64,000 nt of DNA from Marsupella aquatica (taxonomy: Eukaryota; Plantae; Marchantiophyta). The notes under the pieces were generated by a model that was not told the origin of the DNA, made no database searches, and saw only the letters and a program-made list of their open reading frames with translations. Both the position numbers and the translations under genes were made by a program. Positions 38,095 to 51,800 of the stretch are shown in pieces. The stretch spans positions 1,328,515 through 1,392,514 of the forward strand of contig OZ316897.1 of NCBI GenBank assembly GCA_973895155.1, read 5' to 3'. Within the stretch, counting starts at the first letter, position 1. Every line of letters begins with the position of its first letter.

Positions 38095-39986
38095 AAATTT
38101 CCTAGACAAGTAAGGAAACTGAGAGTATCAAGAGGGAGAAGGCTGGCAGCACATCTCAGCCAGGAATCATGAACTAAACAGCTCCTAGACCTAGTTAGAT
38201 CCTGGTTGTTCGAGTGAAGGATTGGAGCGGGAAATGCATGAGTCCATGAACGTCCAAAAGTTTGAAGGAATTCAACAGAATGACTGGAAGACACAGAGAG
38301 GTTATTGAAGTGAGAATAGCAGCACGAATGAAAAGAACGAAGGCATGAATGAATGGGATTCAAAGTCGACGAGGAGCCCAAAGGACCACAAGACCAGCAA
38401 TGTAGGAGAGGGAGACAGACACAGAGGGAGGAAGAGAGAAAGAGGAACGGAGAGGCGGAGAGGCGGAGACCATCATAAGGACGCCAGGGATGACTGGGCC
38501 CTTCTTGACAGGCGCGTACTTCGCTCTCACGGTCAGCACTGCGGGGTCCATGACTTATCGCCGTCGCTGCCGCAGCCAGATTGACAAGATTATCCACAAT
38601 TCGCAGAAACCTGTAGCATTGTAATGCTGAATCTCGATAGTCTTCACGGGGTCGAGAGGGTTCGTCAGCAGCTACAAGCACCCACGAAAATCAAAAACCC
38701 AAAACCCTTACTAATTCTGCTCGGGTGGATTTCACAAGCTAACGGCTTAGGCGATCTTGAGACCGTGTGGCTCAGATGGTGGCCCGTGATCTGGCCTTTC
38801 TCCATTGCTTCGCACACCTGTTTCGACTGCGCTTGGAGCCTTAACTACATCCTCCTGCCTCGATGGTCCCCCTCGATAGTATTCGTGTATTGAGAGCGAC
38901 TAAACTAACGGGCAAACCACAAAATGTGCTTCTCTGAGCCTCTCAACTGCATGATAGTCAATATAAGAATGTCGGGCCTGATGTCGAACTACGGCTTACT
39001 ATGACACGATCCGAGGCTTCAAGTAGTTAGGTCATTCAAATTGTTGGCAGATGATGCCGTCATCTTTATTTAGCTATCAGATTGGAATACATCATCAATC
39101 CGATACAGAGTACCGGTCCATGAACAAAATCTTGGCGTGGATGTCCATGACACCCACTCGTAAAAGCATCCATCATTGAGTATCAAATTGGGGGTCCGCT
39201 ACCACGTAGTGGTAAGCCACCACCAACACAAATATGGAGATCCCCAAAAAGTTGGCGAAGAAGCCCAAGTCCTGATCGTCGATCATCTGCGAAAAATATC
39301 CGATACATCACTTATCAGGAACAGCACTGCAAGAAGAAAGGAACATAGAACGCAGCTGTGAAGAAACAACAAATCAGTAAGGGGAAAAGATCGCGGAACA
39401 GGGAACAGCGTCTAAAACTGCTAGGCTCCAGAACTCTTCTCCGAATTTTTCGTGAAGTTCTAAGCCCTACTCGACCTGTTCCAAAGTAAAGTCCAATCGG
39501 GGGATTGCTCTGAAACAGCACGACCTAGCAACCCGAAGAATTGCGAAAACCGATACCAAACGAAGCAAACCGAGGATGAAGGAATTCCAAATCCAATTGG
39601 ACCCAAGAGAGGTGGCTGAAAGACAGCAAAAAGCAGCACATGCCAATGCCAGGACATGACTAAACCATAGCAGAACCTGATTCACAAAACATCGAACCCG
39701 CAATTCATTCACTCGTTCTCGTTCACAACAGCAGAGATGAATTCCACCAGAACCCTGTCCCGATCACTGGGAATTGAGGGACAATACAGACGCGTGACTG
39801 ACACAGAAAAAGAGATATCTGGACCAAAAAAAACAGAAGAGGAAGAAGAGATGACCTCCAAGAATGAATCTGAGAGAAGGAGACTTACATTGCTGGGCGG
39901 GGAGGGGAAGAGCAAGGTGGATTGCAGACCAACGTTCGTTCCTTCCTTCTTGAGTTTCTCTCCCTTCGTCTTGCCGATCTGGGAAT
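37904..39986 (-). repeat. Segmental duplication A' (source copy; contiguous with intact TFB1)
   Basis: Inverted match to 16856-18937. Confidence 0.95.
39173..39286 (-). CDS. OST4: Oligosaccharyltransferase subunit 4 (37 aa), second copy
   Basis: [37 protein letters not shown]; one amino-acid difference (K/Q) from 17551-17664. Confidence 0.93.
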   Translation of the reverse strand: MIDDQDLGFFANFLGISIFVLVVAYHYVVADPQFDTQ

Positions 39987-40684
39987 GTCTCTCTGTTTGT
40001 GGCTTGTCACGTTAATAATACTCTGAAGGAAAAGCACTCTGCTGGAGGAAGGAGAAAGGACGGCGAGCAAGGGCGGCTACTAGCACGATCCGGTTCCATG
40101 CGTGAGGGGCTGGACTAAATTAAGGGCCACCTCGTATGTGGGCAGCCCTGGAGAATTCGGCACTCAATTTGACTTATGCCAGCATATGATAGGTCATGAG
40201 CCCTACACCCGTGCATTGCACGGTGCAAGGAGGGCCGGCCGTGTTTATTTTTTGCTTGTGAAGTGACTTGATATTTTGTCCATCCAATTCTTGACATGAG
40301 CAATTTTATGTGAGTTGGTAGACACATTTTGACCATAACCTTTCATGAAGGCTTCAAAAAGAGGTGCGTTTCTCTTTTTGATGGGGTTCAATTAGTGTGA
40401 TTGCTAAAACTGTTCTCTTGTATAGCTAAATCAATGCATGCACTCTATTCTATACTTTCAAATCTAATTTTCACACACATAATATATATCATAACCGTGT
40501 TTATTTTAAAATAAATGATGAAAAAGTTAAAAAATATAGCATTATCCGATCTGGATGTGAAAGTATTAGTATATTATAAATATTCCACAACACTTAAACC
40601 TTTTATTTGAATAATCATAGATTAGACAATCTTAACAAACCTCTTAAGAATAGAGTCCAAGTGTTCAGGCAAAGTCTGGTACTT

Positions 40685-41509
40685 TGGATGAGAGTCATGA
40701 TAAATGATGAGTATTGGTTTATGTTGTGGCAAACTTGGGTCGGAGCAGGCAACACCAGTGGGGACTTGGGCCGGAGCGGGCAAAAACAAGTGAAGGGTGT
40801 CAGAACATAAACTCGAAGTCGATGACACAAAGTTGATCGAGCCGGGGCATGTGACAATATGGTAGAGTTTTGGTTCATGTTCTGGCAAACTCGGGCCGGA
40901 GCGGGCAGCAACATCGGGGACTGGGACAGGCAGTGTATAGGGTCCCAAGAAGATCGGGGAGCATTAACGCGGTGTAGATTTAACACGCGGTTGTGTAGGC
41001 CTGAGCTTTCATTGCAGAATTCAAGACATCACATGAGACATTCAATGTGCTCCTCTGAAAGACATTGCCAGAATTAAGAATTTTGTGCTGCTATTGGAAG
41101 GGAAGTTTGACTTGAGGTACATTATGAGAAACCTTGTTTTAGACTTGAAGAGTGACAATATTCAGAGGGTACTAAAGCAACACCCATCCACACATTTTGA
41201 CTTTGAGTCCCTATTCTTGACTGTAAATGCATTGGTTTTATAATGTACCAATTAATGCACCGCAATTTGAAGGCATTGCCAAATCTACTTGTCAGCTTAG
41301 GATGAACAAATAGGAGGGAAAACAATGGAAAACTGAAAAGCCACATTTGAGATAACCAAAAAAGGATAAAAAGTGGGATAGAAAAGAGAAAAAGAAAATA
41401 ACCCTTTGGATGTGTTGTGATTGATATATATGTTTTTGGGTGAATTTTTTGAATTTTCTATTCAATTGACAAATTTTTGAAATAACCATGGGTAGAAAGA
41501 AACTCTTCA
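40685..41509 (+). repeat. Segmental duplication C (direct copy at 56336-57169)
   Basis: Match from TGGATGAGAGTCATGATAAAT to GGTAGAAAGAAACTCTTCA. Confidence 0.93.
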
Positions 41510-44309
41510 TGAGTCATCCAACTGGAGTTGAACCATGAGAGTCGTACTCCAGAGCCTCTAGTCCTATTCTGACCCAGATCTAGATTTGTGAAGCGCACGG
41601 CACGTGAAAATTTCCTTACGCGCATAAATTGAGTGCAAAGGCTAGTACATCAAAGGGAAGCATCCCAAGGAATGCCAAATACCCTACAAATGATCAAACC
41701 AACCAGCTAGAATAGATACAAGCCAGGTAACTGTACTTAATCTATGGACATCGGAACGCTGCATAAAGTTAAAAAGGAATCAATTTATGTTCGAGTGCAG
41801 GGCACAAGACCTCCTTGTCAAAGCTTTCATCACAGTACAATCAAGGAGGAGACACAAAGGAACTGGAAAATGGGGAGGAGGCACAAAAAATATATATATA
41901 TCAAACTGCCAAAAAGTAGGAAGGGTTGAACCGGGAGACATGAACCCACGGGCCAAAAACCCATTCAAGGGGGGACAAGAAAAAGGCCAAAAAGCTGAAA
42001 AGAGTGGGCACTAGCCCGGTGTAAGGAAAACAAAAGACACACAAACCAAAACTCTACCTATCTGCAAACTGAAGACCCTGGTAGAGCTTGGGCGTAAACT
42101 GCATAGGAGGGTCAAGCAAGGGAATCCAACTAGATGCCCGGATTCCAACTGCCTCTCCCCTACGGAGAAAGGGGAGGGAGGAGGATAGAGGTGGATTTGT
42201 CCGCTGTAATCCTCACGCATGCCCCTCATCCTCCCACCCTTAGGCTAGTACTTTTTGCAAACAATTGCACAAAGTCCAACCATGATCTACCCAGTCAATT
42301 TGACGTTTGTGACAATTGCCAAAGACTACTAAGGGAAGCTGAAATTATTTATTATAATGTCAAGTAGGTAAATGTGCCACTTTTTTGTATGAAAGCCCAG
42401 GCAGAGGAGAAAAAGACTTGATAAGCTCTTCCAGGGAAACCCATCACTAGGCCCCTACTAGCTTTCAAAAATGATTGCTAGGCCCGCTTTCTCATCACGG
42501 ATGTGGTCACTATTGTGGTCAGGGATTCCGTGACTCCAACATGGTACAACCGCACCAAGTACTCTAATCAACCTCCAAATGTACTACTCCTGATGTGCTC
42601 GTGCACTTATTCTGGTACTCTGCAAGGGTACAGTCTCTCCAAACACAACGGTACAGTCTCTCCAAACACAATTTGATATTGGCCTGTGGGGCACTCTATT
42701 CAATTGTGCGCTTGGGGCATTGTGTTTGAGTTTTGATTATCTGTTTTTGTTTTTTTTGTACTTGCACGACGTTGTCTTCAAATGTTGGCTAGTTTGGCTA
42801 AATTGCCAAGAAAAATTTAAGAATATACCCATAGTTTCATGGAATAGTCTTGGAATATTCCTAGATTTGGCTTAAAAACCTCCTATGATTCTTATAATTT
42901 TCAAAACTGCATCAAGACACAACTAATATTCTTTCACAAAAATTTGTGAGTTTTCCACTAAATCCAATAAGAAACCCTATACTTTTTTGTGTATGATAGG
43001 TCAAAAGTAAATATTAAGTGACTGGGGACCCCGGGCAATGTTATATCTTACACATCTACATCTTTTGCGTAACGAATTCTTTTACGCAACCACATCTTCT
43101 CCGCAAATGACATCTTTTACAAAATGACATATTTTATGCAAACAACACCTATTGCTCAACACTCAAATATTAACTAGTCTTGCATGATTATGGTTGCACT
43201 GTGCGCAGGTTTAAGAGATGTCATTGACATCTTTAATTAGTCAGCAATGATGCCCTCCGCAAATGTAAGAACTAGAGGACACGGGAGAGGACAACAAACT
43301 ACTAACATGTTGCTTGGGCGTTAACCATATTTGACTCGATATTTGATCCACGGTTCACTTAGAATGTCTTGAGACCCTTCCCTTTTATACCCTCAGATAA
43401 TGCATTGAAAGGTAGGGACCAAAATTTCTGGACAAGTTTCTAAAGAACTCATCAATGACTCTGAAGTGAGTCCAACAAGACCCAGAGAGGCATGGCTGTG
43501 TGATAGCTCACTTGAGTGAAAAATAGCTCACTTGATTGTAAACGAACAGGTCTTCGGTCCATTTAGGTGGGGTTTCATAGATTTTCCCGTGACAAAAAAA
43601 TGTGAGTCCACCAAGGACCCACTTCCTCTCCCAAACACATGCTCCCCAAAATACCAAAGTTGTCCAAATAAATGGACAAGTTTGCCAAAAATGAAGGTGC
43701 CTGGAAAACATATTCAAGGCTTCCTTAGCAAAAGTGAAACATTTTGGCTTCCAAAAGTAGTCATCAGTCTTTTCCTGGTGTAAATTGACTGATGACTTTA
43801 TGCAATCCATGGGGATGAGCAAAACAAACCCCTCAGTCCATCAGGCTTAATACTTGCATGGCATAAGAGCCCGTTTTCAAAGCTTTCATCACAGCTAGTA
43901 CAGTTGAGCAATTTAATTTTGCATATCTTGTTTCCAGTTTTTAGTCTGCAGGTGATAGCAAGCTAGCAGGGAGTCTCAAACTTTAGGTCTGCAAAAGGAT
44001 CCCTGGCCCAAAAGTACCAGTTTCAGTCTGAGGTCACAAGTGTGCAGACAAGCTTTTTTGTGTCCACCATTTTAGTTCTGGGAATATGATCTTGACCGCG
44101 ACCGGAGGCAAAAGGGACATGTTTGAGGCGCCCTACTAGTAAAGAGAAGAAAACATTGCCAGGATGCATACAATGTTGCATCACAATCAGAGAGATGAAA
44201 AATCTTGCTCTCTTAGTCAATTGTGTCAATAAAATGTTCTCATTTTAGAAAGTGATCTGTATCTTGAACTCGAATAATCCAGATACAGATAATTTCCTAA
44301 CGTTTTAAA

Positions 44310-44432
44310 TATCCTGTCTTTCAAGGATGTAACCAAGTAGTCTGTTCAAAGGAATGAATGTAATTAACTCAATATCGTGTCTTTCAAGGATGTAACCAAG
44401 TATTTTGTTCAAAGGAATGAATGTAATTAACT
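44310..44432. repeat. ~64-bp tandem duplication
   Basis: TGTCTTTCAAGGATGTAACCAAGTA...GAATGTAATTAACT x2. Confidence 0.8.
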
Positions 44433-45291
44433 TTCCATTGTACCATACAGATTGTTCACAGCAGTTCATGAGTTCGTAAAGAACTAGGAACAGGAATGAT
44501 TGTCGGCCAAACTCCCAAACAGTGTGCCAAAGGTATGGACTAAGAAGCTTGTCGCTTCAGATAATAAAAACTGCGTATAGGATCGAGACTGTTTATATTA
44601 GGCCCAACTCCCATGTGAAGCGTCCCAAGAAATGAGACCTTAAACTGATATAATATTGTGATATGTATGAATGCAAGTTTCCAGGCATTTCCCTCTCCAA
44701 CGCCAGTCCTGACGCCGATTTTCCAGGGGTCCCTTGGGCCGGAAAGTTTCCGGCCCTTGCAGGTCGCGACCTCTGAGAGCCTAATAAAACAAAATGATTA
44801 TCGTGACACATATGCAGTGTGTCTCTTCAGTAAACTGTGAGTCACCCTGCAAACTGGCCTGCATTCGATAAGCGAGCAAGTGAGGATTCTGTCACATCGA
44901 ACCACCCTTCGACTGCTACCGACCTCGCACCTCACGGAGTGATTGCACCTCAGAGAGTGATCCAAATTTCTTCTTGCGACAGCATTCGAAGTCTATCGCT
45001 TTTCAACACTGCGATCAGCACGAGGGATCTCGACTCTCAAGGCTAGCTACCGACACTGTTTCAGTCCTGACCAGGTACTTATTGAATGTACACCACTGTC
45101 GTTCTTTCGCCAGCAAACTTTAGTCCCTGGTTTACAAACCGAATAGTTTACTAGTGCGCCTTGGGAACGTGTCAGTGGTGCCGCCCATGAACCATATTCG
45201 AATTAGGGTTGTCGCCGACCGGCAGGCGCTGCGCACTGCAAGTGAAAATTGGTAACCTATCGCAGGTTAACCATCTGCCCTGCGGGAAGGG

Positions 45292-45396
45292 GTCGCTTCG
45301 TAGACTAAAGGTATATATTTTACGCATTAAACAAGACGAGATCGTCGCTTCGTAGACTAAAGGTACATATTTTACGCGTTAAAGAAGACGAGATCG
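45292..45396. repeat. ~53-bp tandem duplication
   Basis: GTCGCTTCGTAGACTAAAGGTA.ATATTTTACGC.TTAAA.AAGACGAGATCG x2. Confidence 0.8.
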
Positions 45397-46359
45397 AGTT
45401 GTCCCCGCAACGATCGGAAAAACGTATGAAGGGGATACGTGCAAACGAACCGGACGCTATATCGGTGTTCGCTTCTATTCTGGTGTATTCACTGCTATTT
45501 CGATGCGTCTGTCCCTCTTATTGCTGCTCCGTGCTCAGTGCTGATTTGGCCCTGGATTTGATTTCAGCCTCGGTGTTTGATGCTCAGAGTTTTTGCAGGT
45601 GGGCGCTACTGGGCTGTTGCTCGATGCTAGTTGTGCTGTCTTCTGCTGGATTCTGTAAGGGGCCCTCTATGCTGTTTACTCGTGCTATTCTCGCTTCTGC
45701 TCACTTCTTGCGGCGGCCCTCTATGCTGTTTACTCGTGCTATTCTCGCTGCTGCTCTCTGTGGGCTCGTTGCTCGCTGTCAGTTAGGAATTTTTACTCTC
45801 TCTCCGTCAGAAGTCAAAAACTATCCGCTATTCGTGAATTCATATCCTCACGGGTCATGTCAATCATGTTGGACAAATGAATGTGTCATCTTGTGTGCCA
45901 CAAAACGACGTTGGAACCGAGCGTTAGGTCGAACCGAAGGTTGAGGTCGAGGCAACCACGCACACGGCAGAGCCTAACACTCGTCGTTATTTTCCAACCT
46001 CTGCCTGTTCGGCTATGTCTTTCGTTGCTTCTTCGACATACAAGAAGAGCAATTCAATTGTCGTCGGTTTGCTTGTGTTTGCTGTTGCCAATTAGAAACT
46101 AGGACCTGCTTATCTGTTTGTTCAAGGTCAGCAATCTAACTCCGGTATATCGCTTGATCTGTTTGTGGAAGGTTTCACGGTCCAGTTCCACTGGATTAAG
46201 TTTCATAGTAAAGTTGAACGGAATAGGTTAGGTGTTGGTACCAAAGTGGCCCTCTGTTGACAGTTTTGCACGGTGAAACAGATTGCAGATTCTCTATCTC
46301 CAGCTGTCTCATTCGCTTGTCTCAATTTTGGCTCTGCTAGGGCTGGGCGTCACGGTAAA

Positions 46360-47463
46360 ATGGAGGGCTCTGTTAAGCCCAAGGATTTGCAAGGTAGAAT
46401 GTTGGTCGCTTATGAACAAATGACGCTCTACAACAGACACATCAACTCTCTTCACGACGAAATTGGGCACATCGAAATAGAAATTAGCACATCTCTCCAG
46501 AGGAAATTACAGCTGAGGATCAAGAGCAACTCTACAGATGAAGAGAAGACTGAGCTCGAACGCATTGAGAATAAGCGCTTCCAAAATCTCCAAAGGCAGC
46601 TCTTGCGGTGTGAAAGCCAGATCCAGCTGCATCAATGGCAGATCCAGATGTTGGAACAGCAGCTCGATTTCCTCAAAACAATTAGCCCGGCCAAAACACG
46701 GAGTGTGAGTTTCAGTGAAGCCGATTTACATCAAATTGCAGGCATCACAGGTGTCATATTTACCGAGGAAACGTGGATTGTTGATGATTTTGACAACAAC
46801 GTTTGCCCTTCTCAGTGCTTCATGTCCTTCTTGATTCAGAAGTCTAGAGTTTGGTCAATGAACTCCGAGGCGAGTCTACGCACTGTCCTAGATGTTTTCC
46901 TACAAGATGTTATTAGCCAGGCTGAGTTCGAGTCTAAGCTGCGCATCTTCTGTGAAGTGAAAATGGAGTCTGGTCCAGGATTGATGGACGGCCAGGACTG
47001 CAAGCTCAGCGGTGTTCTTGATTACCTGATTGGACATGTTGGAGGGAGGGGCATCAAGGACTACTCACAACCCAGTGATTCCCATCTCATAGCAGTAGGG
47101 GGAAGGTGTTCATGGGACAATGTGGCCATTTGGCAGTGCTATGCCGGAGCAGCATGTCTTCACCGAGAGAGGAGAGATGCACGCAAACCCAATTGCAGGG
47201 TGTGGGGGATCTTCTCCAATGCATCATTCTGGAAATTCATCTTCATTGACCATGATGGACGACTTCGGGTCAGTAAAGTGTATGTGCTTGATATTTCGGC
47301 ATACAAGGAGGAAGAAGTTCTTGAAGTGTATCGCTTTTTGCACTACATAGTTCGACAATGTTTCCTCTCGTCACCCACAACATTGCCCATCAAGTCGTAT
47401 GTGCACAAGAGATCAGAACAACACCAGGAGATTAGAGGACAGCAAGAACTAGCAGTAATCTAA
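46360..47463 (+). CDS. Intronless coiled-coil + restriction-endonuclease-like (PD-(D/E)XK, Crinkler-type REase) protein, ~367 aa, probably catalytically impaired
   Basis: N-terminal heptad-rich region, then NSEASLRTVLDVFL, IFCE, LSGVLDY, LIAVGGR (position of VEAK), WQCYA, VWGIFSNASFWKFIFIDHDG. The pattern is typical of fungal/oomycete REase-fold proteins (recognised by eye; no HMM run). Confidence 0.7.
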   Translation: MEGSVKPKDLQGRMLVAYEQMTLYNRHINSLHDEIGHIEIEISTSLQRKLQLRIKSNSTDEEKTELERIENKRFQNLQRQLLRCESQIQLHQWQIQMLEQQLDFLKTISPAKTRSVSFSEADLHQIAGITGVIFTEETWIVDDFDNNVCPSQCFMSFLIQKSRVWSMNSEASLRTVLDVFLQDVISQAEFESKLRIFCEVKMESGPGLMDGQDCKLSGVLDYLIGHVGGRGIKDYSQPSDSHLIAVGGRCSWDNVAIWQCYAGAACLHRERRDARKPNCRVWGIFSNASFWKFIFIDHDGRLRVSKVYVLDISAYKEEEVLEVYRFLHYIVRQCFLSSPTTLPIKSYVHKRSEQHQEIRGQQELAVI

Positions 47464-47679
47464 ATTAGCCGTAGGACTTATGTACCACACTCTTGTTGAG
47501 TGAGTGAGTCAAAGTTTAAAGAGCTCCCTGAATTCATGATATACCATTTTCCAGTGGTGTTCAATTTGTTGTCACCTCCCTGGTCCCTGGGACTATTTGG
47601 CTCCTTGGCTTTCGCTCCTTGCCTTCCCCCCTTGATTGGGTCGTTTGGCTTGTGTGATTGGGGCTCCTTGTGTTTTTGA

Positions 47680-48185
47680 GTGCAAGTATAAAAATGAATA
47701 TTGATCCTCATGATATGTATGAGTACAAGTATAAAACATGAAGTTGATATATGAATATAAGTATAAAAAATGAATGATGATATATGACTGCAAATATAAA
47801 GAATAAAATTGATATATGAATTATGAATGTAAGTATAAAAAAAGAATAAAGTTGATATATGAAAGCAAGTATAAAAAAAATGAATAATGATATATGAGGG
47901 TAAAGAATGAAGATGATATATGAATGCAAATATAAAAAATAAATATTGATTATTGATATATGAGTGTAAATTGATATATGAGTGTAAATATAAAAAATGA
48001 AATTGATACATGATTGCAAATATAAAAAATGAATATTGATTTGTTGATATATGAATGTCATATAAAAAATGAATATTGATTTGTTGATATATAAATATAA
48101 ATATAAAGTTCATATATGAGTGCAAGTATAAAGTTATATATGAGTGCGAGTATAAAGTTCATATATGAGTGCAAGTATAAAAATT
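47680..48185. repeat. AT-rich degenerate tandem repeat (TATATGA.TG(C/T)AA(G/A)TATAAA units)
   Basis: ~500-bp array; only 2-3 units at the paralogous site ~27560-27635. Confidence 0.85.
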
Positions 48186-48783
48186 GAAAATAGACCCTTT
48201 GTTCCAATTCAAATATGTTTCTTGGCACAAGACCCAAAATTCTTCATTTTCGAAGAGTATTCGAGGGAATTCGAGGGAAGAAGGGAGTGTAGAGATCTGC
48301 TGGGTGCTACAGATGCTTGGCTTTCTGCATGCTGCCAGCCAACGACGAAGCGAGAGCTCTGCTCATGAAACGAATCGATTTCTAGAAGACAGGATGTAGA
48401 GAATTGCAAACTAACCCACGCGAGATCACAAAGCGAATCGATTTCTAAAAGACAGGATGCACAGAATTGCAAACTTACCCTCACGAGATCACGAAGCGAA
48501 TCGTATTGTAGAGGACATGTTAAGTTTACGACGTTCATCCGGTGTACATACGCCACTTGCTGTTCCTTTGTCTGTTCCCCTTTCGCTTAGGTGTTATCTG
48601 GGGGGGCCTGTATATGTGTGATTACCGTTAGATCTAGGGCTAATCTTACTTACGGTCCGATTAGTATTCACTGATCTGGTGCGGTGCATTCTCTCGCCGA
48701 CCACTCTCTTAAGGTCCAATTCACTGTTCATTCTGTATTCTTGCTGTGTAAATTATGGGAAGCTGCGCTCGTCAGTTTCTTCA

Positions 48784-48795
48784 TGGTATCAGAGC
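48784..48795 (+). promoter_or_regulatory. Primer binding site, tRNA-iMet
   Basis: TGGTATCAGAGC immediately after the 5' LTR. Confidence 0.95.
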
Positions 48796-48844
48796 ACAGA
48801 CTGCCAGAGCACGATCGTGGTGAGAATCTCCCAGCGTTACTCGC

Positions 48845-51800
48845 ATGCTGAGCAGAATGGCTGGCGGCCCACAGCGATCATCACAGAGCAGCGGCTCCCA
48901 AGCTGCCTCACTAGGTAGCAGCACACAGCAAGCATCGCCAAGCACTGGACCTCCTGCAGCTCAGAATGTCCACTACGAGTTTGACAAAGGCCTTGTCTAT
49001 GTAGACAAGGACAAGCTCGATGGCAGTAAGAATTTCATCGGGTGGTCCTTCAAGGTGGAGCGACAATTCCGCAAGGATAAAGTGTGGTTCGAGCTGGTCA
49101 GTCCAGACCCCACAAAGCCAATGCAACTCACGCCAGAGCAAATCGAAGAAAAGAAGGAAAGAGCAATCTACATCTTCTCTCAGACGGTCAAGGATCACAT
49201 CTTCCCTATCGTGAAGAAGTACATTGACGATCCAGCCAAGATATGGCTGCAGCTGAAATCGCGTTTTGAATCCGCGGCCATGGGTAAGCAGCTCATCCTC
49301 AGGGATAAACTGTCTAAGATGCACATGTCCGAAGGGAGTAGTGTTGAGGAATACATTCGTGAGATTGACAACTTGGTGATGCAGCTAGGTGACATCAATT
49401 TTGTTATAGAAGATAAGGAACTAATCCGCACCACTCTCAAAGGATTACCTGCGAGCTGGAAGCCATTTATCATGTCGTTTGGTACCTTGCTGCATCAGTT
49501 CCCGACACTGTCATTCTCAGACCTTATTGGTCACCTTGAGGCCGAAGAAATGCAACAGGCTTTACAGAGCAACGACACCGAAGAAGCACTGATGACTAGC
49601 TACAACACCCAGCGTGGTGGCCCTTTTCGTGGACGTGGCAGAGGCAGAAACAACTATCGTGGACGGGGACGAAGCGCACCTTCTTTAGCCAGGAAGACCG
49701 AAGCCTGCAATTTCTGTGGGCATATGGGTCACTGGGAAGGGGAATGCCTCAAGAAGATTGAGAGCCAAATCAAGGGCCTACAAATCAAGCATGCGGACAT
49801 TAAGAAGGGCATGCACCATGCAAACGTGGCTGAGACGGTGGAACCTGAAGAATGTGAGTCTGACAGCGATCCCGACAGAAGCATCTTAGAAGTTAATCTC
49901 ACATAATTCAAAGCTAGTCAAGATTGGCTAGTTGATTCAGGTGCTAGTACTCATGTAACTGGGAACAATAGTACTCTTAGTCATGTTGTTCCATACGCAT
50001 CCACCTCCAATGTAACTACTGCCTCTGGTGCACGCATTCCAGTTGCTGGAAGAGGCAGCACTAAGTTCAATGGAAATAAAGTGGTCAAAAAGGTTTTGTA
50101 CGTTCCTGGTATGACTCGCAATCTCTTGTCAGTTGGTCAGTTGGCTGATGAAGGCCACAATGTATTATTTAATTCCCGTCATTGCTACGTGTTGGATAAA
50201 GAAGATCCTAATAAGATCTTTCTGAGGGCAACAAGGGATAGACACAATAGTCTATACCGACTAGACTCGTCTATCCAGGGCAATGCCAAGCTGTGCTCTG
50301 AAATACACATTTCATTAGTAGACAGCACGGACGAGCATGCCAGCAGTCCTCCATCCAACACACCTACGAGCAATGATGACAGTGAGACACAAAGCGATGT
50401 GTCACCTCTTGAGCTATGGCACCGAAGGCTCAGTCACGTGAACTTCCGCAGAGTTTACAACATGTCTTCAAACGAGTTGGTTGAAGGTCTGCCCAAGCTG
50501 CCATTGGAGGATCATGTCTGTGATACATGCATCATGGGGAAACAACATCGAGAGCGCATACCCAAGAAATCTGCCAACAGGTCAACCAAACCACTGCAAT
50601 TGGTTCATACGGATCTCTGTGGCCCCTTCATTGTTTCATCTCTTTCTAAAGCAAAATATTTGCTTACATTCACGGATGATTTCTCTCGCTACACATGGGT
50701 GTATTTCCTGAAAGCCAAAAGTGAAGCCTTGTTAAAGTTCAAAGACTTTAAAGCTATGGTCGAAAATGAATTCGACAGCAAAATTCAATGTGTTCGATCA
50801 GATCGAGGAGGTGAATACTTGTCCAACGAATTCTGCCAATTTTGCGACAGACAAGGGATCAAGAGGCAACTCACAGCGGCTCGCACACCTCAGCAAAATG
50901 GAGTAGCAGAAAGGAAAAACCGAACACTGCTCGAAGCAGCACGCAGCGCCCACATTGCGAGTGGAGCTCCCATGTTCCTATGGGATGAGCTCATTCAATC
51001 AGCCACGTATGTGCTCAACAGGTGTGACACTTCCTCTTTGACCTCCTCCACACCTTTCCAGCAATTATACAATGCCAAGCCTGACCTGTCTAGTCTAAGA
51101 ATTATTGGATGCCTGGCGTACGTTCATGTTCCTAGTGAACTGAGACATAAACTGTCAGCAAAGTCCATTCGGACTGCATTGGTGGGATATGACGAGAAAT
51201 CGAAAGCATACAGATGCTATGATCCTATCAAAAGAAAAATCTACATCAGTCGTGATGTTGTGTTCAATGAGTTAAAGATGTTTGACTTCAACATCAAACC
51301 ATCTCAAGCCACTGCAGAATTACCATTGATTTCACCGGCTCAGTCCATTTATATCTCTCCTGCAACATAGGAACAAAATTCCTACTCTGCATCCGAACCT
51401 GCATCTCCTGACTCTGTGCCTGTAGATCCTAGTAATAGTACTGACTCCAACTTAGAGCCACTTGAGCCAGTTGATTCTTCTCTTGAAGTTGAGCCCGCAC
51501 CAGCTGACTCTACCCCTACGAGCACATTACCATTGCCATCCCCAATTCGCAGGCAGTCATCTCGTGCAAGGGAACTCCCAGTTCGTCTACGCCAAGATTA
51601 CGTGTTGGATTTTCGACCCAGCAACCCTGATGTCTGCCTAGTCGAGACTACCGACCCTGTGAATGAAAACATCTCATTCCAGCAAGCCCGTTTGGACCCT
51701 CAGTGGAATGCAGCTATGAAAGTAGAATTTGATTCTCTGATCGAAAATGAGACATGGGTCCTCACTGCACTCCCACCAGGAAAGAGGGCCATCTCTGCTA

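Noticed and set aside
41510-41585. tRNA-like sequence with a GGTTCAACTCC B-box on the minus strand
   Set aside because: Cannot be folded into a convincing cloverleaf; at best a degenerate SINE/LINE head, so not called a tRNA.
45427-45455. Short similarity (GAAGGG(G)ATACGTGCAAA) to TFB1 exon 1
   Set aside because: Only ~18 nt with no flanking homology; compatible with chance.
47478-48125. I/F/Y/H-rich minus-strand ORFs (215 aa, 117 aa)
   Set aside because: Translations of the AT-rich minisatellite.
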